Shown one piece after another: positions 1 through 12,185 of a stretch of DNA of 50,364 bases. Location of the stretch: positions 105,560,306 to 105,610,669 of the forward strand of contig NC_068985.1 of the NCBI RefSeq assembly GCF_001194135.2, read 5' to 3'. The translations under genes were made by a program, and so were the position numbers. The notes under the pieces were generated by a model, which was given only the letters and a program-made list of their open reading frames with translations, was not told the DNA's origin and ran no database searches. This DNA is from Octopus bimaculoides. Lineage: Eukaryota. Each line of letters opens with the position of its first letter. Within the stretch, counting starts at the first letter, position 1.

Positions 1-27
1 ATATATATATATATATACATACATACA

Positions 28-59
<32 letters not shown>

Positions 60-112
60 CATATATATACATATATATTCTTTTGTTGTCTTACCATTAT
101 TATTAATATAAT

Positions 113-150
<38 letters not shown>
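1..150. repeat. (TA)n/(TACA)n microsatellite
   Basis: Direct reading of the sequence. Confidence 0.95.
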
Positions 151-152
<2 letters not shown>

Positions 153-174
153 TTTGACAGCTTGGTTCTTTGTC

Positions 175-357
175 CTGTGAAGAATAACAGCCAAATCTTT
201 CTCAAATCGCATCTTACTATTTTAAATAAAGAGAAGACACATTTGATAATGTCCTTATATACACATGTATTCTGTATAAAGACAGAATGGACTAGACTAG
301 ATTACATTTGTAACTAGGTCTCCTTGATCAGGACTGACCTTGGGCTAAACAACACCA
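175..357 (+). mobile_element. SINE-like repeat, family C (3' tail ...gggctaaacaac), degenerate
   Basis: Homologous to 35437-35640 (+) and 34440-34668 (-): 'aataacagccaaatct..ctcaaatc', 'ttggataatgt', 'gatcaggactgacc..gggctaaacaac'. Confidence 0.65.
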
Positions 358-827
358 TTGCTAATTACGCATTTTGTTTGTACATATGTATATGTGTGTG
401 TGTGTGTTTCTCTGTGTATGTGTGTGTTTGTGTGTGTATGTATGTGTGCATACTGTTCTAGTAGTTATATTATTCAGAGAACAACAAGACAACAAGGAAA
501 GGGATGGGCTGGTAACTCATATCCTGTGAATATCATTGCGCTGTGTCATTGGACTAATAACTTAGCTAGCGAGAATTCAATCCATGCTGCTGTGTAACAC
601 CAGTAGAATAATATCATATAAGTAGTTCACACTCATAAACCCTATGTTGTAGCACTGTATGTTATATACTGTATAAAACACATTGGTAATGTAAGACCAA
701 CTCAAGATTCAAAAGTACACCACAAATGAGTACATATTTAGACAAATCAATAGTTACATTCTTGACAAATGATACATGATGGAAACAATAGCATTCTGTG
801 TTAGACATCCTGGGTTATTTTTATTAA

Positions 828-830
828 TTA

Positions 831-901
<71 letters not shown>
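828..901. repeat. (ATT)n microsatellite
   Basis: Direct reading; explains the poly-Ile ORFs 754..948 and 776..976. Confidence 0.97.
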
Positions 902-902
<1 letters not shown>

Positions 903-1396
903 GTCTGACTTTTACTTCGTATTTGTACAAGTTGGCTCCAAGTCTCATCCAGAGACCTCAAGAGGCAACAAGTTAGAAGTTTATGTTGGTGTTATGCCTA
1001 GGGTGTCATATATTTGGTTTTGCACATAGTATTATTGTTCTAGAGAATGTTTAAGAAAACATAAGAAAATTATAAGTTTGTTTTAAAATTTCAGATTACA
1101 TAGACAGTATTTTACGTAGGATATGGGCAATTCCCATGAGCACTATCTTTTGAATTTCTGCCATTTTGGGGTTCTCTCATGTCTGAGCTAGGTAGGAATC
1201 AACCCCTGTGGAAGGGGTAAACCCAGGAAGCCATGAGACAAGTTGGAGAAGCACAATCTTTCAACATTGGAGTGACCAAGACTTTTGGTGAAATGCCATG
1301 CTTGAGAGGACCTATCAAGTCAAATGAAGTCATAGTTATGGCCGATGCCAGTGTCATGTAACTGATGTAACTGGCACCTGCTCTAACAATAATCAT

Positions 1397-1609
1397 ACTT
1401 TCTATTAAAGGCACAAGGCCTGAAATTTTGGGGGAGAGAATTAATCGATTACATCAACCCTACTGTTTCACCAGTGCTTAATTTATCAACCCAGGAAGGA
1501 TGAAAAGCAAAGTCAACCTCGGTGGAATTCGAACTCAGAATGTAGCAATGGGCAAAATACTGCTAAGAATTTCGTCCAGCATGCTAACAATTCTGCCAGC
1601 TCACAGCCT
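1397..1609 (-). mobile_element. tRNA-derived SINE, family A
   Basis: Reverse complement of the 17941-18150 copy: head ggcgagctggcaga..ttagca, B-box gttcgaattcc, core gaggtcgactttgcctttcatcc. Confidence 0.85.
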
Positions 1610-1629
1610 TAATAATAATAATGATGATG

Positions 1630-1842
1630 ATTTCAAATTTCAAGACCAGCAATTTTGGGGGAGGATATAAATCAATGACATTGACTAGTACTCATTTTAT
1701 TCAGCTGGTTCTTATTTTATTGACCTCCAAAAGGATGAAAAGTTAAGTCGACCTCAGTGGATTTTGAAAGCAGAGCGTAAAGGTGAACAAAATGCTGCTC
1801 AGCATTTTGCCTAGCGTGCTAACAATTCGGCCAGCTCAACCC
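1630..1842 (-). mobile_element. SINE family A, tandem neighbour
   Basis: Same motifs (aaaggatgaaaagttaagtcgacctc..ccagctc). Confidence 0.8.
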
Positions 1843-1974
1843 TTTAAGAGAACCAGAAGAAATATCAAAAGATATTTTATGGAACCCCTTTAATGATTCT
1901 GCTAAACTTTCCCCTACTTAATATCTGTCCATATAATAGCATAAAATAACTGGAGTAAAATCTTAGTTCACTAA

Positions 1975-2434
1975 TTCTTTCATTCTTTTATTCTTTTACT
2001 TGTTTCAGTCATTTGACTGTGACCATGCTGGAGCACCACATATAGTCGAACAAATCGACCCCAGGACTTATTCTTTGTAAGCCTAGTACTTATTCTGTCG
2101 GTCTCTTTTACCAAACCACTAAGTTACGGGAACGTAAACACACCAACATCGGTTGCCGAGCAATGGAGGAGGGGACAAACACAGACACACATACTCACAA
2201 ATATATACATATATATATATAGTTTTAGGGAAAAGAACCAAGGTTCATGAACTCGTCAATGAAAATCCACTGTCACATAAAATTCATGTCATATATATAG
2301 TTTCCCTAAAACTATATATATATATATATATATATATATTTTATACTGTGAAACTTAATTTAATTTTAATTTGTAATAAATTGAATTTAATTGAGTTTTT
2401 ACCTGTAAATTTGGATTTTTATCCCTAATATTAT

Positions 2435-2471
<37 letters not shown>

Positions 2472-2622
2472 ACAGGGTTCTTTCAGTTTCCATCTATCAA
2501 ATCCACTCACAAGGCTTTGGTTGGCCCAAAGCTATAGTAGAAGGTGCCATGCAAAGGTGCCATGCAGTGGAACTGACAGGGAACCATATGGTTGAGAAGC
2601 AAGCTTCTCACCACACAACAAA
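1975..2622 (-). mobile_element. SINE family B (tRNA head, CORE-like segment, central TA microsatellite), interrupted by the 2220-2430 insertion
   Basis: 3' half 1975-2215 and 5' half 2465-2622 match the reverse complement of 29195-29590. Confidence 0.85.
2220..2430. mobile_element. Unclassified AT-rich repeat nested in the SINE B microsatellite
   Basis: Shares 'gaaaagaaccaaggt' and 'gaaacttaatttaattttaattt..tacctgtaaatttggatttttatcccta' with 10989-11090; local inverted repeat tagttttagggaaa (2220) / tttccctaaaacta (2301). Confidence 0.6.
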
Positions 2623-4119
2623 CTCCTGTGCTGATATAATATGTGTGAAATGATTTCTCTTTCTTCATAAAAAAAACCCCAGAAAAATAGTTTCCACACA
2701 CACCTAGTTATAGTTTGTTAATTTTTACTCAGGCAAGATGTCATTGTTCTTGGTGTCAGTATAGGTGCTTTGCATAGGATAGTTGTTGTTGCTGTTGTTG
2801 TAGGAGGTGGTATAATTTTGCTTCATATTAGTTGTCATTTTCTTCAGTATTTTGCTATTTTTGTGGGTAGGGGATGTGTTTTTTTTTCTGTTTTTATTCA
2901 CACATATTTACAAAATACTTTGCTTTGTGGTCTGTGATTAACTTTATTTTCTGGCTGTGTAAAGCTGTCAAAAGTAGTTATTAATGACTACCATGTTTAC
3001 TTGCTAACATACACACACATCTCTTTAAATACATATATATATATATGTATATACATATNNNNNNNNNNNNNNNNNNNNNNNNNNNNNNNNNNNNNNNNNN
3101 NNNNNNNNNNNNNNNNNNNNNNNNNNNNNNNNNNNNNNNNNNNNNNNNNNNNNNNNNNNNNNNNNNNNNNNNNNNNNNNNNNNNNNNNNNNNNNNNNNNN
3201 NNNNNNNNNNNNNNNNNNNNNNNNNNNNNNNNNNNNNNNNNNNNNNNNNNNNNNNNNNNNNNNNNNNNNNNNNNNNNNNNNNNNNNNNNNNNNNNNNNNN
3301 NNNNNNNNNNNNNNNNNNNNNNNNNNNNNNNNNNNNNNNNNNNNNNNNNNNNNNNNNNNNNNNNNNNNNNNNNNNNNNNNNNNNNNNNNNNNNNNNNNNN
3401 NNNNNNNNNNNNNNNNNNNNNNNNNNNNNNNNNNNNNNNNNNNATACATACATACATACATACATACATACATACATACATGCATACACACATGCTCGCA
3501 CATATACATATGTATGCTTGCATACAGTCCTGTTGGCATTTAAATAATAAATTACATTTTTATTCTCTATCTTGTTAATTCTACATTAGTTAATAAGTAA
3601 TATTATAATAGTTTCAACACTATCCTTGTTATTTTGCTGTGAACATCTTTCGATGAGTTTATCTTATCATACATTTCATAAAAATGCCACTATCAGAAGA
3701 TAAGAAATGATCTATTATTGTCCTCAAAATAGCAGAATATTCTAATCTATTTGTCTTTACATCCATTTCCTCATACAAGTACAAGTGTGACAAATATTCT
3801 ATTTCTTTTTTTGCAGACAGATGCTCTTTATGTCACTAACTCTGATGTGATTTGTTAAGTAAGGGATCTTTTGTTTTATTTTAAAAACCAAGGGAAATAA
3901 CCCATTCGCCCCTGGAATGGATCCTTATATATAGCCAAGGCAAATACCCCATTCATTTTCCTAAATTATTTGGTAAAAATGAAATTGAGCATGCTTATTT
4001 GTTAGTATTCGAACTGTTAGAGTTATTTTCGCAATTTATCCATTACAACCCTTAAACAAATAAATAGTATTTTCCTAAACAATAGATCCACTTATTTCGG
4101 TTAGTGACTTATTCACGCA

Positions 4120-4589
4120 TATACTAGAACTAGTGCCCCTGAGAGTAATATTCTCTGGGAACGCACAAACGCCCTTTTCAGAGCTATTTACTTTGAATTG
4201 TTATTATCTCATATCTGATTAGCCTGTTATTACGTAACATGTTTCACGGTTTTAGTATACATACCTTATTAGTATTTCCTCCTAAGTTCTATATACTCTG
4301 GGAACGCATTAATGCCCTTTTCGGGGCTACTTTATTTGAATTCTTACAATCAGGTAATTAATTTTATGTTATTACATAACAGACTTCACAATTTGGGCAT
4401 TCATAACTTATTGAGAATTCTTAAAAACAAGATCCTGTGTAAGACAGTTCGGTATTCTCCGTAAATGCACAAAAACCGTTTTAAGGGCCACATACTTTAT
4501 ATTGTTGCTATTGGATTAGCGAAACAATTACGAGAACGAAACCAAGGGATAAACCCCGCTTTGCCGGGAATTACCATACGTCAGCTAGT
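4120..4589 (+). mobile_element. Putative non-autonomous Helitron 3' portion
   Basis: GC hairpin cccgc-ttt-gc(c)ggg (4555-4568), then CTAG|T at 4585-4589; internal ~142-bp diverged repeat (ctctgggaacgca at ~4153 and ~4295). No 5' end identified. Confidence 0.4.
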
Positions 4590-4862
4590 ATATATATATA
4601 TATATNNNNNNNNNNNNNNNNNNNNNNNNNNNNNNNNNNNNNNNNNNNNNNNNNNNNNNNNNNNNNNNNNNNNNNNNNNNNNNNNNNNNNNNNNNNNNNN
4701 NNNNNNNNNNNNNNNNNNNNNNNNNNNNNNNNNNNNNNNNNNNNNNNNNNNNNNNNNNNNNNNNNNNNNNNNNNNNNNNNNNNNNNNNNNNNNNNNNNNN
4801 NNNNNNNNNNNNNNNNNNNNNNNNNNNNNNNNNNNNNNNNNNNNNNNNNNNNNNNNNNNNNN

Positions 4863-4928
<66 letters not shown>

Positions 4929-5556
4929 CGTGTGTGTGCATGTGTGTGTGTGTTCTCGTCTGATTTTAATTAAATGAACTCTTTCTTTGAAGAAGGAGCT
5001 GATTTTAAATGAAAATAGAAAGCTCCATCATTGAAATGTAGATAACAAAAACGACGTCCCATTTTAAAGTGGAAGAAAGCCTTGCATATTTTTACTATTC
5101 CACCTACAGATGGCGTTTGTAATGTGCAAGTTAGTTATTTATAATGTGCGAGTTAGTTGGCTGCTTTCTTTTTCTGAAAATCCAAGCTTATCCAGATTGT
5201 CTCTGAAGCATTTACTCACAAAATCAAGTGCACCAATTTATACCAATTGGTATAAATGTGAATGTATAATTTGAGATGAGAAGCTGGAGGTTTCAAAGCA
5301 GTTGTCAATATTTATCCTCTTATTCTTTCATTTTCAAACAGATAATCACTTCAGTAGGACAGCTAAACTCTATGACAGTACATAATTTTTCCAGCTTGTT
5401 ATGTATGTATGTATGTGTTCCTGTGTGTTCATACTTAGGAATTTTAATTTTCAACTACGTAACTTTTATTTCCGTCGTACTGCATGGTATATACACTGGC
5501 TGATCATGGCCTTGTGGCTAAAATAATTTGGTAAAGAGATATTGCATTGAAACTCG

Positions 5557-5634
<78 letters not shown>

Positions 5635-5988
5635 TAGCAAGAAAATGTATTAGTTTTATGCTGAATGAACGAAGAAAAGACATATTTGACTTTCCAGACT
5701 TGTTGTTTATTAGAATAAATAAATAAATCAAAAGGATGAAAAGAAGTGATGGAGTTCATGCACTTCTAAAAGAAAACGAAACTTTGGGGTAAGGCATTAT
5801 TGTGTTTTGAGATGAGACATCAAGGTGAGTTGTAATGTGCTGTGAGACAAAAGTAAGGACGAGGGACATGGAAAACTGGTGTAGGTAAAATTATGATTAG
5901 ATCTGATGGTAACCCGAAGTAATCAGAAATGGAAATATTTGGGAGCACAAGTTGGTAATATTAGAAATAATTTTGTATGGATAGAAGC

Positions 5989-6063
5989 GCGTCTGAGCTG
6001 AATGCGTCTGAGCTGAATGCGTCTGAGCTGAATGCGTCTGAGCTGAATGCGTCTGAGCTGAAC
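5989..6063. repeat. 15-bp minisatellite (GCGTCTGAGCTGAAT) x5
   Basis: Five near-perfect units; the last ends in AAC. Confidence 0.95.
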
Positions 6064-6780
6064 GCGTCAGCACTGAGAATATATTCCAATGTAGAATAAC
6101 AACACAGACGACAAACAGAACGGTTTAACATTCAATTAGTATGAATGAAATGTTTGACCATCCTGGTTTATTTGTTCTTCATTGGAAAGAAAAAAACACA
6201 CGAAGTGAGACAGCGGGGGAAAATCATCCGGAAATCTTTCTCTTCTCGTAATCGTACGTGGATTAACACTTTTCCCCTTTGCTTCTCTCTCTCTCTCCAC
6301 CCCTCTGTTTTTCCTTCCGATGAAAAGCAAATAAGTCCGAGATATAAAAGATTTCTTTCTTTCAACTATTCAGGATCAAGTTAATTCGACTTTTTATCTT
6401 GTTAGTTATTGTTTGTCTGAGTTGATTGTCATTCTATATTCGAATCGATTTTTCTCTGTCTTGATGCGGTCAAGCTCGTTGCTATTCTATAACTGAGTTA
6501 CCCACTGGATTATCACTTCAGATTACTTAGAATTATCATCTCAGATTACGTATTTTATTTACATTTTACACATACATATATACATACATGCACACACATA
6601 TGAAAAGAAATATCTGTTCTACACTCTTGTAATATACACGCACACATATGCATACATATTGTAGAAGGATTTAGACGAATATATCGTAGATAGCGTGGTA
6701 CAGTACGGTGTAGGCCAGAAATATCATATCCTTCAGTATGTTGTGAGATAACTGTGTATTGTAATTCTCAGTTTCAAAAT

Positions 6781-7086
6781 AATTGTTTGTTCTTTCTCGA
6801 GCCATGCCTGGCTCATAAGGACCGGTTTCCCGGTGTCCTTGGCGCATAGGTTCTCCACCTGGACAGGACGCCGGTCCGTCGCAGGTGAGCTGCTTGATGC
6901 AGGAGGAAAGAGTGAGAGAAAGTTGTGGCGAAAGAGTCAGCAGAAGTTCGCTATTACCTTCTGCCGGAGCCGCGAGGAGCTTGGGGGTTTCGCTCATAAA
7001 CACACACATCGCCCGGTCTGAGATTCGAACCCGCGATCCCTCGGCCGCGAGTCCGCTGCTCTAACCACTAGGCCATGTGCCTTCAC
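6781..7086 (-). mobile_element. tRNA(Arg-like)-derived SINE with V-domain-like core
   Basis: Minus strand: A box tggcctagtggtt, B box ggttcgaatc, core cctgcgacggaccggcgtcctgtccagg (resembles the V-SINE domain, from memory). Confidence 0.85.
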
Positions 7087-7519
7087 TCAGAGTAATTGTA
7101 GTTATGTAGTAATTCTGTTTGCTTAAGTGAGAGAACAGCATACAGAAATGTTTGCAATTTTCATCAAACTCAAACCCGAGTTCAGTGGCTGATGATTAAT
7201 GACTTATGACTGAATTACATCTCTTTTATTGCAAATTGAATGAGGATGTGACGTACGAAAGTATTTCAATTACTAGCAACTATTCAACCAATAAGTCATT
7301 TCTGATAACAGATTTTTTTAAATTTTTAACTTTATTGCTTTGTTCTTTATCATAAATCGTCTGTAATGTTGTACGATTTGCAAAGTTAAACACAGTTTGA
7401 GGAGACTGCATCTTTGTAATTCTAGAAAATAAAGTCCCAGTATACATTTTAGCAAGTAGTAGTTTCACGTCCCTTTTCTTTTATGGTTTTGTTTGTTTAC
7501 ATTATAAATAACAGAGTAC

Positions 7520-7870
7520 ATTTTCCCTAGCACAACAATCATTTATTTTGTCCGTTTTCTCCTTCATCAGACATCGTTCTAGTCGTTCGAACATTCTAAC
7601 GACTTTTTTTTATAATTTCCAGACGTTTTTGCTTCCAAATTGAATACCACAGTTACTATGAACAGAGCTTGAAGCACCAATCAAGGTAAATAATGAGGAC
7701 GAACATTAAATGTTAGCGGGAGAAGTTGCTCTCCTTAAGGCAAATGCAAAAGGGTAACGCATAAGCTTATCAACAACCGACAAATGTAAAGAGTCGCCCC
7801 TTAATATCAAGTGATAATCGCTGCCACGGTTTTGTTGATTGCATAAGATGGCTAGTTGTGGATTTGATTA
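7520..7870 (-). pseudogene. Ty3/Gypsy integrase core remnant
   Basis: Manual translation with frameshifts: STKPWQRLSLDIKG / LSVVDKLMRYPFAF / LFTLIGASSSVHSNCGIQFGS / RTT..GENGQ, matching the Gypsy IN pattern PWERLSxDxKG..VVDxxSRFPFA..IHSDxGxxF. Confidence 0.7.
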
Positions 7871-7878
7871 ATGTAACG

Positions 7879-8270
7879 TCAGTAAATATTCGACTCTGTG
7901 AAAATAGGTAATTGAATTTTAGATGAATTACATGTAGATACAACCAAAGAAGGAAGTTTAGCTTTAAATTTAGTCCAAAGTAACCAAAATTGTGATTGTT
8001 CCAGGATTCGGAAAACGGTTAAATGAGATATGCCACGGACAACAAAAACTTCAATTCTTGTGTAGCAATTGTTTATTTCAATGTTTATAATTATCTTTCC
8101 AATTATGTTAAATTTGTTTTCATCAAGAGATCTTGCCTTCTGATATAACTTAGAATACGATTTAACGCCAAGCTTTTTCGTAATAACTTCGGGAATAAAA
8201 AGTAATTTCACTCCGCAATTAATTAAGCCTCCATTGATTGGACTTTTTTCCGTTTAAACTTTATTTCCAC
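7879..8270 (-). pseudogene. Retropepsin (Gypsy aspartic protease) remnant
   Basis: LINCG (degenerate LID[ST]G) followed by FIPEVITKKLG and IIGKIIINIEINNCYTRIEVFVVRGISH, a retropepsin-like layout. Confidence 0.6.
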
Positions 8271-8302
8271 CGAAGTCTTTAGCGGATTCATACAGCTGAT
8301 AT

Positions 8303-8991
8303 GGATCTAGTTCAAAACGGGGGCACCAGTTTTCATTTATGTTTTATGTAGTGTTTTTGGTACGGAAAGACTTTCAAACTTCGTATACTTATCTATTTTG
8401 TGTTATAGAACAGAAAAAAATTTTTGTATTCGAATTAATTTCATGTAAAAAATTGTCTTATTTCGATAATTTCAACCAATCACTGACAAGTATTCAGCTG
8501 TTTACAGTTACTCCTTTGGCAGTTTAAGCGGTGTAAAGCGTATTTAATCTCCATTACTTCTGACATTTTGCAGAGAGGCAACACACGTGTGTTCGTTTTC
8601 TCTAACCCTAACCCTAACCCTAACCCTAATTGACTTGCTCCTTCCCTCAAAAACCAGGCCTTGTGCCTCTAATAGAAAGGTTTATTAGCTACTGCCAATA
8701 TGCTTCAGCCATTTTTTGACAAGGAAATAATAATTTTATCACCGCCAGAATCGTTTGAGAATCGTTTGTTTACGTAGTCAGCACTTAATGAACTCGGCTG
8801 AATGGACGTCAGTCATTGGTTGAAATTACAGAAATACGACACAACTTTAACATGAAATAAATTGCAATATAATAATTTTTCTTAAGAAGACTAAGAGAAA
8901 AAGTTGTTTTATATGACACATTCTACCAGTGTCCCAAGTTTCAAAGTGTTTCGTTAAGAAAATACTGGTGCCCCCGTTTTGAACTAGATCC
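8303..8991. mobile_element. Merlin-like non-autonomous DNA transposon (MITE), 689 bp
   Basis: Perfect 28-bp TIRs GGATCTAGTTCAAAACGGGGGCACCAGT (8303-8330 / 8964-8991) and exact 8-bp TSD GCTGATAT (8295-8302 / 8992-8999). GG termini with an 8-bp TSD fit the Merlin superfamily. Confidence 0.9.
8602..8629 (-). repeat. (TTAGGG)4+ telomere-type repeat inside the MITE
   Basis: ctaaccctaaccctaaccctaaccctaa on + strand. Confidence 0.9.
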
Positions 8992-9939
8992 GCTGATATT
9001 ACTGAGTTTTCGATATATCTTCGCAAAATATCTTATCATTTTACAATTAATATGCCATTTATCAACAGAACATTCATTAAACATTCACAGAACATTCACT
9101 ACGGCGACATAAGATTCTTGATACCTATCACAAACAATTATCGTTTGAACTGAAGTTAATTCTCCAACAGCTGGACATTCCATTGATGTCCACTACAAAC
9201 AAATGTTGCTTGAATTGAAGATTTCTCAACAACATCTACATAAAGATTACAATCATTCCTATTAAAGCTTTCCATCACACAAATAGTGGACACTTCCACC
9301 TCGGCTGTAGCAATTACATCCTGCAACGTTTAGATGTTCTCAGCTTTATGAAACGAGACAAAGCAAAGCAATGTCAAACGACCTTTCGATTGGTTTCCTT
9401 GTTTAGTCTTTGGTAAAAAGCATCTCTAATAGCCACTTCCGCAAAGGATATAAGAAATTTACAATATTTTGATATTTATCTATGAGAACTAACAAAATCA
9501 ATACAAGATTGTCCTGGTTATTATTTCAATGGATAAAGTCTTATTCGTCCACTGAATATATTTTACTGTTAGTAAATTTAGATGCAATGACAATTATTTT
9601 TTTCTTTTTTGTTCTTGAATATTATGTAACATCATCTCCTACGCTATCTTTTGTCATTTCAGGTTACTTAATTTTATTGCAGTAACCGGCCACCATATCT
9701 CAAACACTTAAAACAAATAAATCCACTATATCGTTCTCGTCTAGCTTTGTAAATCTGAGTGTGAATATTGCAATCCGTAATTTCCATGTAGACTCAGTAT
9801 CCAACCACGGATGTATTTCAAAATTCACAAGTTGTCAACTCACAAAGTCATTTCATCTATTTTCTCTATAATCACGCGTGTGCACATATTTTTTCATGAC
9901 TCACAGATGTCCATTGCAAATAATTAACAAAGCAATGCA

Positions 9940-10190
9940 ATGTGTGTATGTATGTATGTATGTATGTATGTATGTATGTATGCATGCATGCATGTATGTA
10001 TGCATGCATGCATGCATGTATGTATGTATGTATGTATGTATGTGGGATGTGGGTAGGTAGGTAGGTAGGTATACAAATATACATACACACACTCGCACAA
10101 GCACACACATGTGTGTATATTTATATGTATATGTGTATGTATGTATGTATGTATGAATGTATGCATGTATGTATGTATGTATGTATGTAT
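9940..10190. repeat. Compound (TATG)/(CATG)/(TAGG) microsatellite
   Basis: Direct reading. Confidence 0.9.
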
Positions 10191-11089
10191 AGATATATAT
10201 AATAAATGAAAAATGTAAATAAACAACGACGGGTAAAAAAAACGTACCATCGATGTTATTGAAAGGTGCGAAACTAAGTAATACCATCTGGTTGATAACA
10301 CATAATACACATACACACACACAAAAGCATACATACATACATAAATACATACATACATGCATACATACATACATACATATACACACTCACACACACATAC
10401 ATGCATAGAGAGAGACAGACAGCCAGAGTGGGTAATGCACTAACGGTAATTATAAATATCAAGAAAATAGTTGAGGTAAAAAAAAAAAAATACCTGTAAA
10501 ACAGAAGTAAGGTATACATAGATACACAATATCCAGATATATAGACAGACAAAGAGACAAGCAGACAAACAGTAGGACAGAGAGAGAGAGAGAGTGAGCG
10601 ACCTCAAGCACAGCTTATGTAAGGTGGGAATTATGTCAACGAATATCAGCATACCTATATCTCACTGCTTTTGTAATAAAAGGTCGTGGACGCTGATTAT
10701 GTCTTAGTTCACANNNNNNNNNNNNNNNNNNNNNNNNNNNNNNNNNNNNNNNNNNNNNNNNNNNNNNNNNNNNNNNNNNNNNNNNNNNNNNNNNNNNNNN
10801 NNNNNNNNNNNNNNNNNNNNNNNNNNNNNNNNNNNNNNNNNNNNNNNNNNNNNNNNNNNNNNNNNNNNNNNNNNNNNNNNNNNNNNNNNNNNNNNNNNNN
10901 NNNNNNNNNNNNNNNNNNNNNNNNNNNNNNNNNNNNNNNNNNNNNNNNNNNNNNNNNNNNNNNNNNNNNNNNNNNNNNNNNNNNNNNNGAAAAGAACCAA
11001 GGTGAAACTTAATTTAATTTTAATTTAATAAAATGAATTTAATTGAGTTTTTACCTGTAAATTTGGATTTTTATCCCTATTATTATTAT

Positions 11090-11123
<34 letters not shown>

Positions 11124-11142
11124 GATACATATATATATATAG

Positions 11143-11190
<48 letters not shown>

Positions 11191-11366
11191 TGAGCCATCA
11201 TATGAATAGACATACATACATGCACAGGCATACATAAATATATATTCCCATACAAGCGTTCGTCTATGTACACTTATATATATTCATATTGACATATATG
11301 TACATGTATATTCCATGCATAGTTGTGTATGTATATACATACATGCATACATGAATATACATATAT

Positions 11367-11529
11367 CAGGCGCGTTCCCAGAAACTTTTCGAAGGGAAAG
11401 CACAAGGTCAGAAGGGAATACAGTCCCAGGAGAAAAGGGTGCAATAACATTATTTAGAAGGGTGCATTTCTTTTCTGGAGGTGGGGGTGGGGCACGTGCC
11501 CCTCAAGCACGCCCTTGTGTCTGCCCCTG
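11367..11529. mobile_element. Short degenerate hAT-like MITE
   Basis: Termini CAGGCGCG.. / ..GCCCCTG within TA repeats, GC-rich interior; TSD ambiguous. Confidence 0.4.
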
Positions 11530-11623
11530 TATATATGGTGTATATGTGTGTATGTATATAGGCACGCATCTATATGGACGTGTATGTATAGATATGTAGC
11601 ATAAATATATGTGAGTATATACG

Positions 11624-11666
<43 letters not shown>

Positions 11667-11870
11667 TGTGTATATGTGTGTGTGGGTGTGTGTGGAAGTC
11701 TGTTTATGAGTGCGCTTCTGTATGCATACACACATATGTGTACAAGCATGAGAGATTTACGTGTCATTTGTAATTAAAATAACATGCATTTGCTAAACGT
11801 ATGCATGTGTGTGCGTCTGTGTATGTGTGTGTGTGTCTGTGTGTGTCTGTGTGAGTCTCTCTGTGTGAGT

Positions 11871-11909
<39 letters not shown>

Positions 11910-12026
11910 CTTTCAAACATATCCGTTTAATAAAAAGCCGTGAGAAATGCCGCTAAGAATTGTTTGGCGCGGTAAAGATCCAGTCAGCTCGCCTACTTTA
12001 ATAATAATAATAATAATAATAATAAT

Positions 12027-12185
12027 TCTTTCTAATTTTAGCACAAGGCCAGCAACAATCTTAAAGGGAGAGTGGCAAGTCGATTACATTACATCTAGGG
12101 ACTTAACTGGTACTTTTATCCTTGAAAGGATAAAAAGCAAATTTGTCCCAGGCGGGATTTGAACTTAGAATGTAAAGAACTGGAT
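12027..12185 (-). mobile_element. SINE family A fragment
   Basis: gcacaaggccagcaa..gtcgattacat..gaaaggataaaaagcaaa..gatttgaact. Confidence 0.7.

Noticed and set aside
2981-3578. Long ORFs spanning N gaps (also at 4.5, 10.7, 20.4, 22.4-23.5, 26.0-26.9, 27.7-28.7, 29, 30.5-31, 38.6-39.4, 41, 46.3-47 kb)
   Set aside because: Open only because N codons are not stops; the flanks are microsatellites.
3817-3858. Strong-looking acceptor/donor pair (42 nt)
   Set aside because: Stops in all three frames; no other support.
6665-6740. Short open frames (KDLDEYIVDSVVQYGVGQKYHIL on +; another on -)
   Set aside because: No polypyrimidine tract and no recognisable homology.
7010-7086. tRNA-like sequence (also at 21065-21138 and 48545-48619)
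   Set aside because: SINE heads: no acceptor-stem closure and continuous with SINE bodies; not functional tRNA genes.
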